From positions 1 through 59,637 of the IMG/VR virus record IMGVR_UViG_3300047562_002733: a stretch of 59,637 nucleotides of DNA; one strand, given 5' to 3'. Both the position numbers and the translations under genes were made by a program. How positions within the stretch are numbered: the first letter of the stretch is position 1; each line of letters starts with the position of its first letter. The notes beneath the pieces were generated by a model. It was not told the DNA's origin. It searched no databases and saw nothing but the letters and a program-made list of their open reading frames with translations. Of the stretch, positions 1 through 9,775 are shown piece after piece. Source of the stretch: a virus. Lineage: Duplodnaviria; Caudoviricetes.

Positions 1-250
1 GCCCGCGATTGGTTCCAAAGTTACTAAGAACAGGAGTGGCCCCACCCAGATAGCCACGCCAGAACATCTCCAAGATGTCATCGCCAATTCCATTAATCCT
101 TAGATGCTTTTCTGCGGTTGTGGCGCAACGCTTCCACATGTCACGCGGCGTCTCGCCGGGTAGCAAATATCCTTTGCCCAGTACCTGCTGAGCCTCTTCT
201 GTCAACCACTCGGGATGGGTAGGCAGGTTGTTAGGATCAAAAGTAGTCAT
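1..250 (-). CDS. nrdA: Ribonucleotide reductase class Ia alpha subunit, N-terminal part (runs off window)
   Basis: Manual translation from ATG at 250: MTTFDPNNLPTHPEWLTEEAQQVLGKGYLLPGETPRDMWKRCA...GYLGGATPVLSNFGTNRG. The YLLPGETP and ATPVLSN.GT.RG motifs are NrdA-like. Start overlaps the nrdB stop (TGATG). Confidence 0.85.
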   Translation of the reverse strand, partial: MTTFDPNNLPTHPEWLTEEAQQVLGKGYLLPGETPRDMWKRCATTAEKHLRINGIGDDILEMFWRGYLGGATPVLSNFGTNRG

Positions 251-1257
251 CAAACGAGCTCCAGAGTCAGAGTGGACAGGTCAACGGCTTCATAGTTCTG
301 GGTGGGCTTCGCCACGTAGCTATCACCAGCCTTTGCGCGAGCAAAGAAGTCATGGCTGACTTGACCCTTTGCCATTGGTTCAAACCAGTCCGCCACGCGA
401 CGAGCCAAGATCACCTCTTGGTCGGTCATGACGATACGGGGCTCCAGCCCCAAGTTCTTCAGGCGATCATTGGCGCGATGCTTAATGTATGCCTTGACAT
501 CATCGAGTTCAATCGGCAAGGCGCCGGCCTGAGGACTGGTAAAAATGTTATCCAGAAACGAGAATTCATTGCCTATGACCGCTTGAAAGCCTTCATAGAT
601 CTCGTTGATTTCGGCTTCAGTAATACCTACCTCTGCCACTAAGTCACGGAATAATTGCGAGGCTCCATCGCTATGCGAGATTTCGTCGATTATACTCCAT
701 GATATAATTTGCTGAATACCCTTGAAGCGCCCGTCTTTGCAAAACGACAACAAGATAGCAAAAGAACTGAACAGGCTTACACCTTCGCCAGCGCCACCAA
801 AGAAGGCCAGTCCAACCTTCTCTGATTCGCATTCAGAAAAGAAGCGCTCGACCTTTTGTTTAGCAATCGGGTCAGAAATAAATTCTTCAAACTCGTTCAG
901 CCCAAGTGTATCGCTAAGGTAATTGTACGCATGAGCATGAATCTGTTCAAAGGCACTGAACACCCGTGCCATTGCGTGAATCTCAGGCTTTGGAAAAATC
1001 CGGCAAATCTCCGTTCCCCAGTGACATCCAATGCCTAGTTCAGCAGACGTGAATCCACGTAAGACGCCAGCAATTAAATCACGTTCTGCCTGAGTCGTAT
1101 TGTGCTGCCAGTCACGGAGATCAGATTCTAGGGCAACTTCCTCGGGCCTCCAGATCGAAGCAACAGCATTTCGAAAGTATTCAAAATACTCCGGGTAATC
1201 AAAGCCATAGTCGAACTTGTAGACCATAGCAGGATGAGTGAGCAAAGATCGAGGCAT
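250..1257 (-). CDS. nrdB: Ribonucleotide reductase class Ia beta subunit
   Basis: W.PEEV.L..D..DW, EQIHAHAY, EGVSLFSSFAILL and DEISH di-iron motifs; C-terminal DFF. Confidence 0.95.
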   Translation of the reverse strand: MPRSLLTHPAMVYKFDYGFDYPEYFEYFRNAVASIWRPEEVALESDLRDWQHNTTQAERDLIAGVLRGFTSAELGIGCHWGTEICRIFPKPEIHAMARVFSAFEQIHAHAYNYLSDTLGLNEFEEFISDPIAKQKVERFFSECESEKVGLAFFGGAGEGVSLFSSFAILLSFCKDGRFKGIQQIISWSIIDEISHSDGASQLFRDLVAEVGITEAEINEIYEGFQAVIGNEFSFLDNIFTSPQAGALPIELDDVKAYIKHRANDRLKNLGLEPRIVMTDQEVILARRVADWFEPMAKGQVSHDFFARAKAGDSYVAKPTQNYEAVDLSTLTLELV

Positions 1258-1315
1258 ATCGAAAAAAAATGGACCTCTGGCCCAAGTACAGCAAGGTTAG
1301 ACTGCCTAATGACAG

Positions 1316-1618
1316 TTAGTCCAAAAGTTCAGGATTTGCACCGAACTGAGTGTATTGGACCAGTCCTGGAATGGTTGCATTGCATACGGAAAGATCTGAT
1401 GCCATTGAACACTTAATGATCGTCGCTGTCATTGAGAATTTGCTTTGATCAACAGCATCCAGGACTCGATCCTTGACGTAGACCCACTCCTCGGTGTGCC
1501 ACTTGTTCAAATGAAACAAGAACACACAGGCTTCAGCAAAACGAAACTCTTCAATCATCTGCATGACCAGATTAATTGAATTGTTTACATGAGGACCAAA
1601 GCCTGATGCTGTTCCCAT
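1316..1618 (-). CDS. Hypothetical protein
   Basis: 100 aa ORF co-oriented and tightly packed with neighbours. Confidence 0.55.
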   Translation of the reverse strand: MGTASGFGPHVNNSINLVMQMIEEFRFAEACVFLFHLNKWHTEEWVYVKDRVLDAVDQSKFSMTATIIKCSMASDLSVCNATIPGLVQYTQFGANPELLD

Positions 1619-1759
1619 CTAATGCCCCTGGCCGCGCCGTAGTTTCCGCGTGCCTTTGCGCTTAGACCGCAGCCCATTGCCTTGCCGAGTCTTTTTGCCA
1701 GGGCGCTCGATTGTGATAGTAGCGCCACTCAGCGTCTTTTTCTTGTTGCCGGTTTTCAT
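1619..1759 (-). CDS. Small basic phage protein (KKTRQGNG...RGQG type)
   Basis: Below the ORF-track cutoff. MKTGNKKKTLSGATITIERPGKKTRQGNGLRSKRKGTRKLRRGQGH; ATGA overlap with the upstream gene, stop abuts the next ATG. Confidence 0.7.
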   Translation of the reverse strand: MKTGNKKKTLSGATITIERPGKKTRQGNGLRSKRKGTRKLRRGQGH

Positions 1760-1980
1760 GGATGAAATCCGATATGGGTCATTGCTTCGCTTGGCACTTT
1801 AGCGGAAGAGATCATGGCCTGTCGGAGAACCCATTGAGTTGCAGCCCTTTGCTTGAACCATCCTTCGAGGAGTGTCTTCGAGATTTCCTTCAACTGGTTC
1901 GCGTCGGACGATTCGTCAATCGCACGCATGAACCGCTCTTTCTCGAAAGATTGGCTCATCGTTAACTCAAATGGATTCAT
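1756..1980 (-). CDS. nblA: NblA-like phycobilisome degradation adaptor
   Basis: 74 aa helical protein, ELTMSQSFEKERFMRAID...LKEISKTLLEGWFKQRAATQW, matching the NblA pattern L(S/T)xxQxF...L..L. Confidence 0.65.
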   Translation of the reverse strand: MNPFELTMSQSFEKERFMRAIDESSDANQLKEISKTLLEGWFKQRAATQWVLRQAMISSAKVPSEAMTHIGFHP

Positions 1981-2027
1981 GTGCTCCGGACGCTGCCGCC
2001 TTAGTCTAGGTTAGTTTTCCTAGCATG

Positions 2028-2213
2028 CTAAACGCCTGGCTCATGAAGTCCAGCCGTCTTTTCCAAAGAAAAAACGTATTTTTCGATCGCTCCTAAGATT
2101 TGTTTCCACTCAGGATGCTTGGCAGCGTAAAACCGAATTGTGTCTAGTGCGTCTTCATAAGCGTCAGCCTCGGTCTTGAAGCAATAGCTCGCAGAGTTGG
2201 GCGTAACCACCAA
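2028..2213 (-). CDS. Hypothetical protein
   Basis: 61 aa ORF filling the gap between nblA and glutaredoxin; start uncertain. Confidence 0.4.
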   Translation of the reverse strand: MVVTPNSASYCFKTEADAYEDALDTIRFYAAKHPEWKQILGAIEKYVFSLEKTAGLHEPGV

Positions 2214-2394
2214 TCAACTCCTTTCCTAGGGGTGTTATCAAATAGATTGCCGGCAGCACTGGCCACTCGTCGCATTCCTCGTCCTTTGTTTTATATTCGG
2301 CACCACAATAATCAAGCAAGGCCTTTGCTTGCGAGCAATTATCACACCCGTCGCATACGTAAACGAGATACTCATTGTCCGCTTTACTGGTCAA
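2164..2394 (-). CDS. Glutaredoxin (RNR electron donor)
   Basis: CDNC redox motif, P.I and LIGGY..L; near nrdAB. Confidence 0.8.
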   Translation of the reverse strand: MTSKADNEYLVYVCDGCDNCSQAKALLDYCGAEYKTKDEECDEWPVLPAIYLITPLGKELIGGYAQLCELLLQDRG

Positions 2395-3958
2395 TTGTTA
2401 AAGTCTCTCCAAGGACTTGCTCCGCATGACACAGTATTCCTTCGTTTGCCTGTAGTTTTATAGTTGGACTGATAATCGCCCTGAGGGACCTTGTGTACTG
2501 CGGTTCGCAAATCACCAGGAACACCATCAACATATCAACAGTAACGGATTCGGCATAGTTCTCAAGCTCGACAATGCGATTCCACAACCAGAGATGTGAC
2601 GGACCCTGTAATTTATCCATCAAAGGCCTGAGCCTTGCCCTGTCATTAGGGAAATGCACGTAATAACGAAGAACACGTTTCTCTACTTGATTTCGCACCC
2701 AGGATGGAGAAGGCTTTTGCCAAACACCAGAATGCCTGATCTTTGGCAGGCTTTTGTTCCAGTTTACAGCAAGCTTGACCGCCGCTTTTTGATCTGCTGC
2801 CAAGATTTTTGCAGCCTTGTCGATATAAAACTGCCTCAGCGCTGGTGACCTAATCGACTCAACAAGATTCCTTACTGCCTGCTCAATAGCAGAAAACCCT
2901 TGTGTGTCAGAGCGGTCAATATTGGCAAGCCAGCAATCAAGTTGCCAGTCCAGCCATTGCGGAGCGCTTTCAATAAGGCTATGCAAATCCGTATCCTCGC
3001 GGATACAGTCGTCCGGATCCTTGCCGGATGGCAACTGAGCAACAGTCAGGGTCAGTTCACCCTGGCATGCCATTGGACCAGCGACCTTAACGAAATGCTC
3101 TATGGCTTTTAGGCCGCCACTATCTCCATCGTAACACAGAACAAAACGCTTACAGGTTCGACTTAGCCGCTTAATCGTTTGCGGCAATGGCGCAGCAGTA
3201 CCTTGAATAGCTACGACATTCTTTATTCCGTATTGGTGCATGCTAATGACATCAAAATGCCCTTCAACGAAGACCATGTATCCAGAAAGCCTGGCGGCTT
3301 CAACCGCTCGATGTTCATTGAATAAAATGGCACTCTTATCAAAGATCTCGCTTGACTTGGAATTCTTATATTTCTGACTGGATTGGCTATCGTATATTTG
3401 CCGACCGGTAAACCCAATTAAATTACCTCGATGGTCATGAATTGGGATAGTCACACGCCCAGCAAAGTAGCCGGACTGAGCCCATCCCAGTTCAAACTCC
3501 TTGGAGGTGGATGCTTTTATCCCTCTGAAACGCAGCCATTCTCTCGCCTGGAGACCACCTGTGGATTTGATTCCATCCCTAAAGGTAGAATGTTCTGCCT
3601 TGATCTGATCTAGCGCATTCTTTCGCTGTAATGCAAGCCTGTATGCTTCCTCGGGATCTAGATTATCATACTCAACCGAAATAGAATGTTTGTCTGCTAT
3701 TCGGTTAACTGCATCCGAGAAATCAATACTAAACTTCTGTCGTACATAAGAGATCGCGTCACTGCCGCCGCCACAAGCAAAGCAGAAGCACATTCCTTTA
3801 TCATCGTTGATTGTTAACGATGGGTTGGAATCTGCGTGCCAAGGACATAATGTAATAGCCTCTTTCCCGATCTTTTTGAAGGCAATTCCTTCTGCCTTCA
3901 GGATTTCGGTCAAGGGAATCTCCCTGATCCTTTTGATCGTAGACTCTTTGATCCCCAT
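2384..3958 (-). CDS. dnaG: DNA primase (DnaG type)
   Basis: CHC2 zinc finger (CPWH...CFAC), GFTGR, KYKNS, TOPRIM VEGHFDVI / YDGD / KDPDD. Confidence 0.95.
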   Translation of the reverse strand: MGIKESTIKRIREIPLTEILKAEGIAFKKIGKEAITLCPWHADSNPSLTINDDKGMCFCFACGGGSDAISYVRQKFSIDFSDAVNRIADKHSISVEYDNLDPEEAYRLALQRKNALDQIKAEHSTFRDGIKSTGGLQAREWLRFRGIKASTSKEFELGWAQSGYFAGRVTIPIHDHRGNLIGFTGRQIYDSQSSQKYKNSKSSEIFDKSAILFNEHRAVEAARLSGYMVFVEGHFDVISMHQYGIKNVVAIQGTAAPLPQTIKRLSRTCKRFVLCYDGDSGGLKAIEHFVKVAGPMACQGELTLTVAQLPSGKDPDDCIREDTDLHSLIESAPQWLDWQLDCWLANIDRSDTQGFSAIEQAVRNLVESIRSPALRQFYIDKAAKILAADQKAAVKLAVNWNKSLPKIRHSGVWQKPSPSWVRNQVEKRVLRYYVHFPNDRARLRPLMDKLQGPSHLWLWNRIVELENYAESVTVDMLMVFLVICEPQYTRSLRAIISPTIKLQANEGILCHAEQVLGETLTIDQ

Positions 3959-3980
3959 TGGGCGCTCCGTTTGGCCCAGT

Positions 3981-4622
3981 CTACTTCAATGGCAGGTAGT
4001 TGCCAAGCTCACTCCTGAGGGCCTTGGAGGGCTCGCCAGAGCGGGTCCGACAGAAGCGCAGCAGCTTATTCAGGAACGCCTCTGGCATTTTGTCTAGGGC
4101 CTCCTCGACATCACGGACGAACGGCTCAAGGCGGTCGATCTCGTCAGGCTCCAGGGCCTTGCTGGGGTTTGCCTGATCTTTGAGTTCAAGCGGCGGACCC
4201 GAGCACGCTGACTTTGTGTCCTGCCACTCCTTGAGGCTAATACCTAGATCAATACTAATCTCAAGATCAGTATAGCCTTTGTTTAGCATACGACGGCCTT
4301 TCACCCATAGCTCTCGCATTCGATGGGTCAAACGCATTGAATACGTTTTATCCCTGATGTAATGAAGGATACTGCCACGAATATATGGAACAGCCAGGGA
4401 GGAAAATCGCATCGGCATGCCAGTCTCCTCGTTCAATAGCTCTGGGTCATACTTTGCTGCTGCCTGGCATAAGCCCTCGAAAGCGGCAGACTCCAGGATT
4501 GCGTATTCAATATTTGTAGAGCGATGATATTTCCACGCAATATTTCTTGCTAAGTTCAGGTTGCAGCCAGCAAGGATCTGCTGCTCACCGCTCAGCCTAA
4601 GGTCTTTATTCTTTTTGGTCAT
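3981..4622 (-). CDS. RNA polymerase sigma factor, SigB/SigF-like (group 3)
   Basis: Region 2: NLNLARNIA...GLCQAAAKYDP...FSSLAVPYIRGSILHYIRDK. Confidence 0.85.
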   Translation of the reverse strand: MTKKNKDLRLSGEQQILAGCNLNLARNIAWKYHRSTNIEYAILESAAFEGLCQAAAKYDPELLNEETGMPMRFSSLAVPYIRGSILHYIRDKTYSMRLTHRMRELWVKGRRMLNKGYTDLEISIDLGISLKEWQDTKSACSGPPLELKDQANPSKALEPDEIDRLEPFVRDVEEALDKMPEAFLNKLLRFCRTRSGEPSKALRSELGNYLPLK

Positions 4623-6148
4623 TACCAGACATCAAAGCGAGACAATTCCGCTGGCAATGCAGCGGCACGTCCCCAGTGTACTTCAGTAATCTGCTGAGGG
4701 GTGCGTTGATTCATGTAATTAATGCACTGAGCTACGCTGTCACAAATGTCATCATTCTTGGCTGCAGGAAACAGGGTGAATTCATTAATAAAAGCATCAA
4801 GCCAATCGACGTTCGAAGGTAGGTAGACGTTACCGGCTTCCACTGTAGGAACAATGCCAGCCAGTCTTGCGGCCTTCGACTTGTCACCAGGCTTGTATCC
4901 AATCAGACCTGGAATGCGGCTCTGTAAAATCTGGAATACGGCGTGACCATTTGCGGCTAGCTCGATGATAACACCGCTTAGCTGATGTTTCTCCCTCATG
5001 CTTAACATCATGGAAATAGTCCCAGTTATGTCCGTTTTTGTTCGACTCATGTCAAGCACATAGAACTTGTTTTGCGACTGCCCAATGACGGTCCCAACAA
5101 CATAGTCAGAGTTTTTGCTATTGGTGAATGTGCAGTCCATGCTAAGCATGACCCTGTCCATAGGGGGCAGATTCTGTTTGGAGTCGTAGTATTTCCACCA
5201 GGAGGCATTGAACATATTGCCTTCCAGTGGAGCAGGGCGCTGCTGATAGAGTGCAGCCCATTCCCTTGGTCCCACAACTTGACGGATGCGATTAAGGTCA
5301 ATCTCGTCGTACCGTTGTGGGCACAATGCGATCCCAGGCTCCTCTCTCCAGTCAGGAATCACCTCGCAATGAGAAGGCAGGGGAGGCCTGGAGCCTGGAT
5401 CCTCGCTGAGGGCAGGCAAGTCAATGATTGTCCAGTTCTCTCGATACTTTTCAGGGACACTAGCCTCAAGTTCAAGCACCCGTCCAGTCAGGTCAGCCTC
5501 GCCCCATCTGGTGGCAACAATAACAATTGCGCTATCGCCAGGCTCAAGGCGAGTGTAAAGCGAGCCCTGATAAAAGGACCACAGCTTCTCCATCGTCCTG
5601 GGACTATCAGCCTCTTCCCTCCCTTTGATTGTGTCATCAGCAATGATCAAGTTCGCGGATCGGCCAGTCACAGAGCCTCCAATGCCAACCGCCCAGCAAC
5701 TGCCACCAGCCTCGGTTCCCCAACGATTGACGGCCTTTGCACCTTGATCTAACTTGCCACCGGCCTGCCCGTAATACTCTCTTGCTTCTTTCGAGAATGT
5801 TTCAGCAAGTTCAGCGCTGTATGAACAAATTGCTACATTCTTAGAAGGATGCGCCAACAGAAATGCTGCAGGAAGCAGCCTGGAAGACAACAAGCTCTTG
5901 CCAGTCCTGGGCGGAACAGAAACGATTAGCCGCTTACATTCTCCATCGATAACTTTCTGTAGTTGCTTGATTAGCGTCGCATGGAACCTATAGAACCTGT
6001 AATTAGGAAACACCTCTTTAATCATCTTGTGAAAGATGACGTTTTGCCCGCCTTGACTAGCCTTGGATTTTGCGTCCCTAAGCTCTTTGACAAGCCCGAC
6101 CTGGGCTGCCATGCTAGATAGATATTTACTACCAACAGATTTTGGCAT
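4622..6148 (-). CDS. terL: Terminase large subunit
   Basis: Walker A VPPRTGKS, TGRSANLIIADD, ALYQQRP, C-terminal nuclease with FP..KNDDICDS. Confidence 0.95.
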   Translation of the reverse strand: MPKSVGSKYLSSMAAQVGLVKELRDAKSKASQGGQNVIFHKMIKEVFPNYRFYRFHATLIKQLQKVIDGECKRLIVSVPPRTGKSLLSSRLLPAAFLLAHPSKNVAICSYSAELAETFSKEAREYYGQAGGKLDQGAKAVNRWGTEAGGSCWAVGIGGSVTGRSANLIIADDTIKGREEADSPRTMEKLWSFYQGSLYTRLEPGDSAIVIVATRWGEADLTGRVLELEASVPEKYRENWTIIDLPALSEDPGSRPPLPSHCEVIPDWREEPGIALCPQRYDEIDLNRIRQVVGPREWAALYQQRPAPLEGNMFNASWWKYYDSKQNLPPMDRVMLSMDCTFTNSKNSDYVVGTVIGQSQNKFYVLDMSRTKTDITGTISMMLSMREKHQLSGVIIELAANGHAVFQILQSRIPGLIGYKPGDKSKAARLAGIVPTVEAGNVYLPSNVDWLDAFINEFTLFPAAKNDDICDSVAQCINYMNQRTPQQITEVHWGRAAALPAELSRFDVW

Positions 6149-6768
6149 TACTCTTCGATCTCAAACTCGTAAGGGTTTTCTTCGCTAAGTTCTTCTACTC
6201 GAACTTTTTCGACTTCGCTATCAACCACCTCAAGTAACTCATTGATACCTAGGGCATTACCCCATTCTTCCCTTGATTGCTCATTGATACTCGCTGCAGC
6301 CTTTAGCAGACCGCTGATCTGGTTCATTGGGATCTCTTCGTCTTCTTCTTCAGCTTTTGCAATTCTTTTACCAAGGACACGTATCAAATCCTCCGACACT
6401 CTTGACATAATACGAGCACGACGTTCCGAAGATCGCCTGAATTCAGCGATTGCTTCTCGATGCGTGTTTCGTTGGAGTTTTTCTGCTTGTCTCCAGGCTA
6501 ATGCCATTTGATCTTTCTGCCAAGCAGCAATACGCTTATCCCAGTTATACTTTTCCGACCATTTTGATAATGAAGCTTGCGCATGACCTGTCATCACCGA
6601 AAGCTCGGTAAGTGACCGACCGCTGCTCATACGTAAGTAATTCTGAAAGGCGGCATACTGATCGGCGCTTTCGTGCCGACCAGCATCTCGCACCTTGTAC
6701 CCTCTCCTGAAGTTATAAATTGGCCCAGGATCTCCAGAAGGGTAAGGGGCTTCGCGCCATTCACTCAC
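6148..6768 (-). CDS. Probable terminase small subunit
   Basis: Directly upstream of and translationally coupled to terL; N-terminal HTH (ES..QYAAFQNY...RSL..L...WSEKYNW) followed by coiled coil. Confidence 0.6.
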   Translation of the reverse strand: MSEWREAPYPSGDPGPIYNFRRGYKVRDAGRHESADQYAAFQNYLRMSSGRSLTELSVMTGHAQASLSKWSEKYNWDKRIAAWQKDQMALAWRQAEKLQRNTHREAIAEFRRSSERRARIMSRVSEDLIRVLGKRIAKAEEEDEEIPMNQISGLLKAAASINEQSREEWGNALGINELLEVVDSEVEKVRVEELSEENPYEFEIEE

Positions 6769-6988
6769 TTTCGCTACGCCTATTCCAAAGCAACATATTG
6801 TTCCGGCTTAGGGCTAGTTTGATGTCTTTCTTGAACTGTTTAATGCCTCTTCTGGAGTCGGAAGGAGTGGCAGGGCCGACCACTATTGTGCCATTGGCAT
6901 GCTTGAAGATAGCATGCTTCTTGCATCTGACCAGTACGAATCCATATTCTTTGGCCAGTTCAACGTAATCTCTCTTGGGTCTACTCAT
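6761..6988 (-). CDS. HicA-like small protein
   Basis: LAKEYGFVLVR.KKHAIFKH..G.IVV.P.TPSD resembles the HicA dsRBD-like fold with a conserved His. Confidence 0.5.
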   Translation of the reverse strand: MSRPKRDYVELAKEYGFVLVRCKKHAIFKHANGTIVVGPATPSDSRRGIKQFKKDIKLALSRNNMLLWNRRSESE

Positions 6989-7568
6989 TCAGAGGGGTGC
7001 GCTCAGCCCATCCTAGCACAAGCTCTCGGACCGCGTCTTGGTACTCAAGTACAGATCCATTATTGGTGACAGAGACGCGGGTGACGCCAGGCAGGTCAAT
7101 ATACGAACGGCTATCGCCCTCAAAAGAGAAACCATCGCGATACACACGAATGAGCAACGTATTCTCGCGGCCAAAGAGGTCAATAACAGGCTCTGCTTCG
7201 GCAGCAAAACCGCTATCAGAAGAAACAAACAATTGATTGTTTGGATACATCTTGATTGTCTTCGCTAAACTGCGAGCCGCCAAACGACCGAAAATGTCTT
7301 GACCAAGCTTGGGCTTCAGCCAGTCTTCGCTGAAAGATATTTGAATATCCCTGTAGCTCATGTCACTAAAAAGTTCGGTTGGCTTTGACTTGGTCGCTTC
7401 CAACACATCAACCTCAACGTCCGACAGTTGAAATGCGGCCTTGATAGCATCTTTTATTGGGCGACTGAACTTGAACGCATGGGCACCAAGCGAGTGGACT
7501 AAATAGTCAGCGGCGGTGTCCTTACCGCAACGGGGGCAGCCATTCAGAAGTATTAGCTTGCGATTCAT
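6981..7568 (-). CDS. Deoxynucleoside monophosphate kinase
   Basis: N-terminal P-loop LNGCPRCGKDTAA, FSRPIK, SDSGF..E. Confidence 0.8.
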   Translation of the reverse strand: MNRKLILLNGCPRCGKDTAADYLVHSLGAHAFKFSRPIKDAIKAAFQLSDVEVDVLEATKSKPTELFSDMSYRDIQISFSEDWLKPKLGQDIFGRLAARSLAKTIKMYPNNQLFVSSDSGFAAEAEPVIDLFGRENTLLIRVYRDGFSFEGDSRSYIDLPGVTRVSVTNNGSVLEYQDAVRELVLGWAERTPLNE

Positions 7569-7981
7569 TTTACTCGCCCCGCTTCAGAGATCGGCAGCGG
7601 CACCAGGCCATCGGTGGGAATGTAGACAACGGTTTTTTCGCCATTGCCATTTGCTTGTTCCTGAAGGCCTTGGATATACAGCCAACGAAGATAGCTTTCG
7701 CTATTGCCAAGCTCTTTTTTTAATGCAGCGATTGCCTTGGCACTGCCTTCTGCCCTGGTGACCTCGGCATTGGCTTCAAGCTCTGCCGACTCTTGTTTTG
7801 CTTTAGCTTCCAGGACACGAACTTGACGAGTAGATTCCGCTTCCATCAAGGCGGCCTTGCCAGCCAGTGTGCGGTTGTAGACGCCTAGCTGAGGCATCCC
7901 CCAAAGGACCAGAGTCAAGGCACCAGCGCAGACAGCGCCAATTGCGATCAGTTGAACGAAGCCTTTGTCGTTAGTAGTCAT
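7565..7981 (-). CDS. Membrane-anchored SPFH/band-7-like phage protein
   Basis: N-terminal TM helix, AEA-rich coiled coil, YLRWLYIQGL...YIPT..P..EAGR. Confidence 0.6.
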   Translation of the reverse strand: MTTNDKGFVQLIAIGAVCAGALTLVLWGMPQLGVYNRTLAGKAALMEAESTRQVRVLEAKAKQESAELEANAEVTRAEGSAKAIAALKKELGNSESYLRWLYIQGLQEQANGNGEKTVVYIPTDGLVPLPISEAGRVK

Positions 7982-7994
7982 GATTTACACCAGA

Positions 7995-8642
7995 TTAAAC
8001 CCATTCAAGGGCGGAACAGATTGACGGCATTTGCTGCTTCATAATCCCTTTGATGTCTTGAGCAATCATTCGATGCTCTAACTGAGTTTCGATAGCGGCT
8101 CTTATTTCCACATAATGAATAAATGAGCGAATAGTGCCGGACATGTAAAGACGGGTTGGAGTGCCTAGCGGCAGAATACTGCGAGCGCATTCTTTTGCAA
8201 CCCCACAATACAGCATGTTACCGTAAATGCTCAGCAAGTCGCTATAAGCTTTTTCTATTTTTTTGTGAAAATTCAGAATAAGTTTTTGTTCGAGATCGTC
8301 ATGACTTGCTTGTTTGTTTTTTACGTCTTGCCTCCTAATTCGTGGCAGTAAAAGTTTGGGAAGGCTGCTTACGTCACTATAGCGTTGCGAAAATTCTTGA
8401 AAGCTAAAAGATCGATGCCTTAAGACTTGAGCAGCGATAGCACGAGTTGTATTGATCTCGACCTGCATCGAAGCCATCTCAAATGGGCTCCAATGTTTGT
8501 GCTTGATCAGATACCGGATTAGCCGTGAAGCCGTATCCGACAAAGCTTGATTTGATGGATTGCTAACCCTTGCCATGTAAACTATATTTTCTTCTGCTTT
8601 TGGGGTAATTGAAACAAGCGAAGCGGAATGGATTTCAAGCAT
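7995..8642 (-). CDS. thyX: Flavin-dependent thymidylate synthase
   Basis: HWSPFE, RHRSFSFQEFSQRY signature, AKECAR, TQLEHR. Confidence 0.97.
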   Translation of the reverse strand: MLEIHSASLVSITPKAEENIVYMARVSNPSNQALSDTASRLIRYLIKHKHWSPFEMASMQVEINTTRAIAAQVLRHRSFSFQEFSQRYSDVSSLPKLLLPRIRRQDVKNKQASHDDLEQKLILNFHKKIEKAYSDLLSIYGNMLYCGVAKECARSILPLGTPTRLYMSGTIRSFIHYVEIRAAIETQLEHRMIAQDIKGIMKQQMPSICSALEWV

Positions 8643-8848
8643 TAGCGTCGTGTGAAGTATTGGATGGAAATCACAATGATGCTCAGCACCGAATCATAAG
8701 TGAAAGGAATCCAGATCGGGGCCAAAATCCAGACCAATGGCCAGTTAATAACACCCAGGAACTTCAGTACAGAAAGGATCCCAGAGGCAAGAACAAACAA
8801 GCCAATTACTCTTGGCTTGACTTCTAGTTGGAACTTGATTGGCGTCAT
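8642..8848 (-). CDS. Small membrane protein
   Basis: Hydrophobic; LKFLGVINWPLVWILAPIWIP. Confidence 0.55.
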   Translation of the reverse strand: MTPIKFQLEVKPRVIGLFVLASGILSVLKFLGVINWPLVWILAPIWIPFTYDSVLSIIVISIQYFTRR

Positions 8849-8853
8849 TTTTA

Positions 8854-9756
8854 TTAAAGAGACATCTCGAACACGCTGAAGGCGTTGTCCACCTCTGCCT
8901 GCTCTGCCATCATCTTAGCACCTTCCACGGGAGACGCAAACCATGGCGGCAGTGTCAGCACTTCATGTTCGATCGCTGGCGGCTCCCAGGTTTTCGACTT
9001 CAGGCACTCGGCAAGAAGGTTCCTTGCCGTGGCAGTCTGTTGCAAGCCTTCATAAATCATTTCTTCGGACACCTCGAATATCTTGGTGGCATACGGCGCT
9101 GTCCGTTCGATACCGACAAAAACAAATGACGCCGGCATCTTGTAGGCAGCCTGAGTGCCCTCAACATACCATGCCGCCTGAAACAGGTAGTTCATTGAGC
9201 CAATTACTTTTTTGAGAAAGTCCTTGGAATCAACGCTGTCAGTTGTCTTCAAATCAAGAATGATTGCTCGATCATCTTCAAAAACAAGACGGTCAAGACG
9301 ACACTTACAGTCAAGACCATCAGCCTCCCAGTACAGGCTTAGCTCGTTGAACTTCCTGTAGTCTTTCTGGGCAGGATCAAACCATTCAAGCCTTTGCAGC
9401 GACTCAGCCATGCCATGAACAGCATCCCAGGAGGCATACTGATCGGTTTTGGACAGAATCGTTTTACCCTTCTGCTCTGCTCGCCATTCCTTGCCCTTGC
9501 TCGTCGTAAGAGAAATGTCGTCCGGCTTAAGTACAAAGCCGCGATCAAACTGCTCTTTCCCTTCCAGCACAAGGCAATGCAGCGCAGAGCCGATTTGCAT
9601 TGATATTGTAGGACTAAATTTGCGCTTGGTTGCCGCCTGGTAATGAGCAGGTGACTTCAGGATGTGCTTGACGTATGACTGCGCATAGCCAGGGTCTGCA
9701 CGGTAAGAGGCATCTGACTGCTCGTAGCTAATTGCAGTGGCGGGCACGACCATCAA
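8854..9756 (-). CDS. RecE/exonuclease VIII-like PD-(D/E)XK nuclease
   Basis: IGSALHCLVLE, CKCRLD, ILDLKTT, YLFQAAWY. Confidence 0.85.
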   Translation of the reverse strand: MMVVPATAISYEQSDASYRADPGYAQSYVKHILKSPAHYQAATKRKFSPTISMQIGSALHCLVLEGKEQFDRGFVLKPDDISLTTSKGKEWRAEQKGKTILSKTDQYASWDAVHGMAESLQRLEWFDPAQKDYRKFNELSLYWEADGLDCKCRLDRLVFEDDRAIILDLKTTDSVDSKDFLKKVIGSMNYLFQAAWYVEGTQAAYKMPASFVFVGIERTAPYATKIFEVSEEMIYEGLQQTATARNLLAECLKSKTWEPPAIEHEVLTLPPWFASPVEGAKMMAEQAEVDNAFSVFEMSL

Positions 9757-9775
9757 GACTTACGCTGCCGCCATT

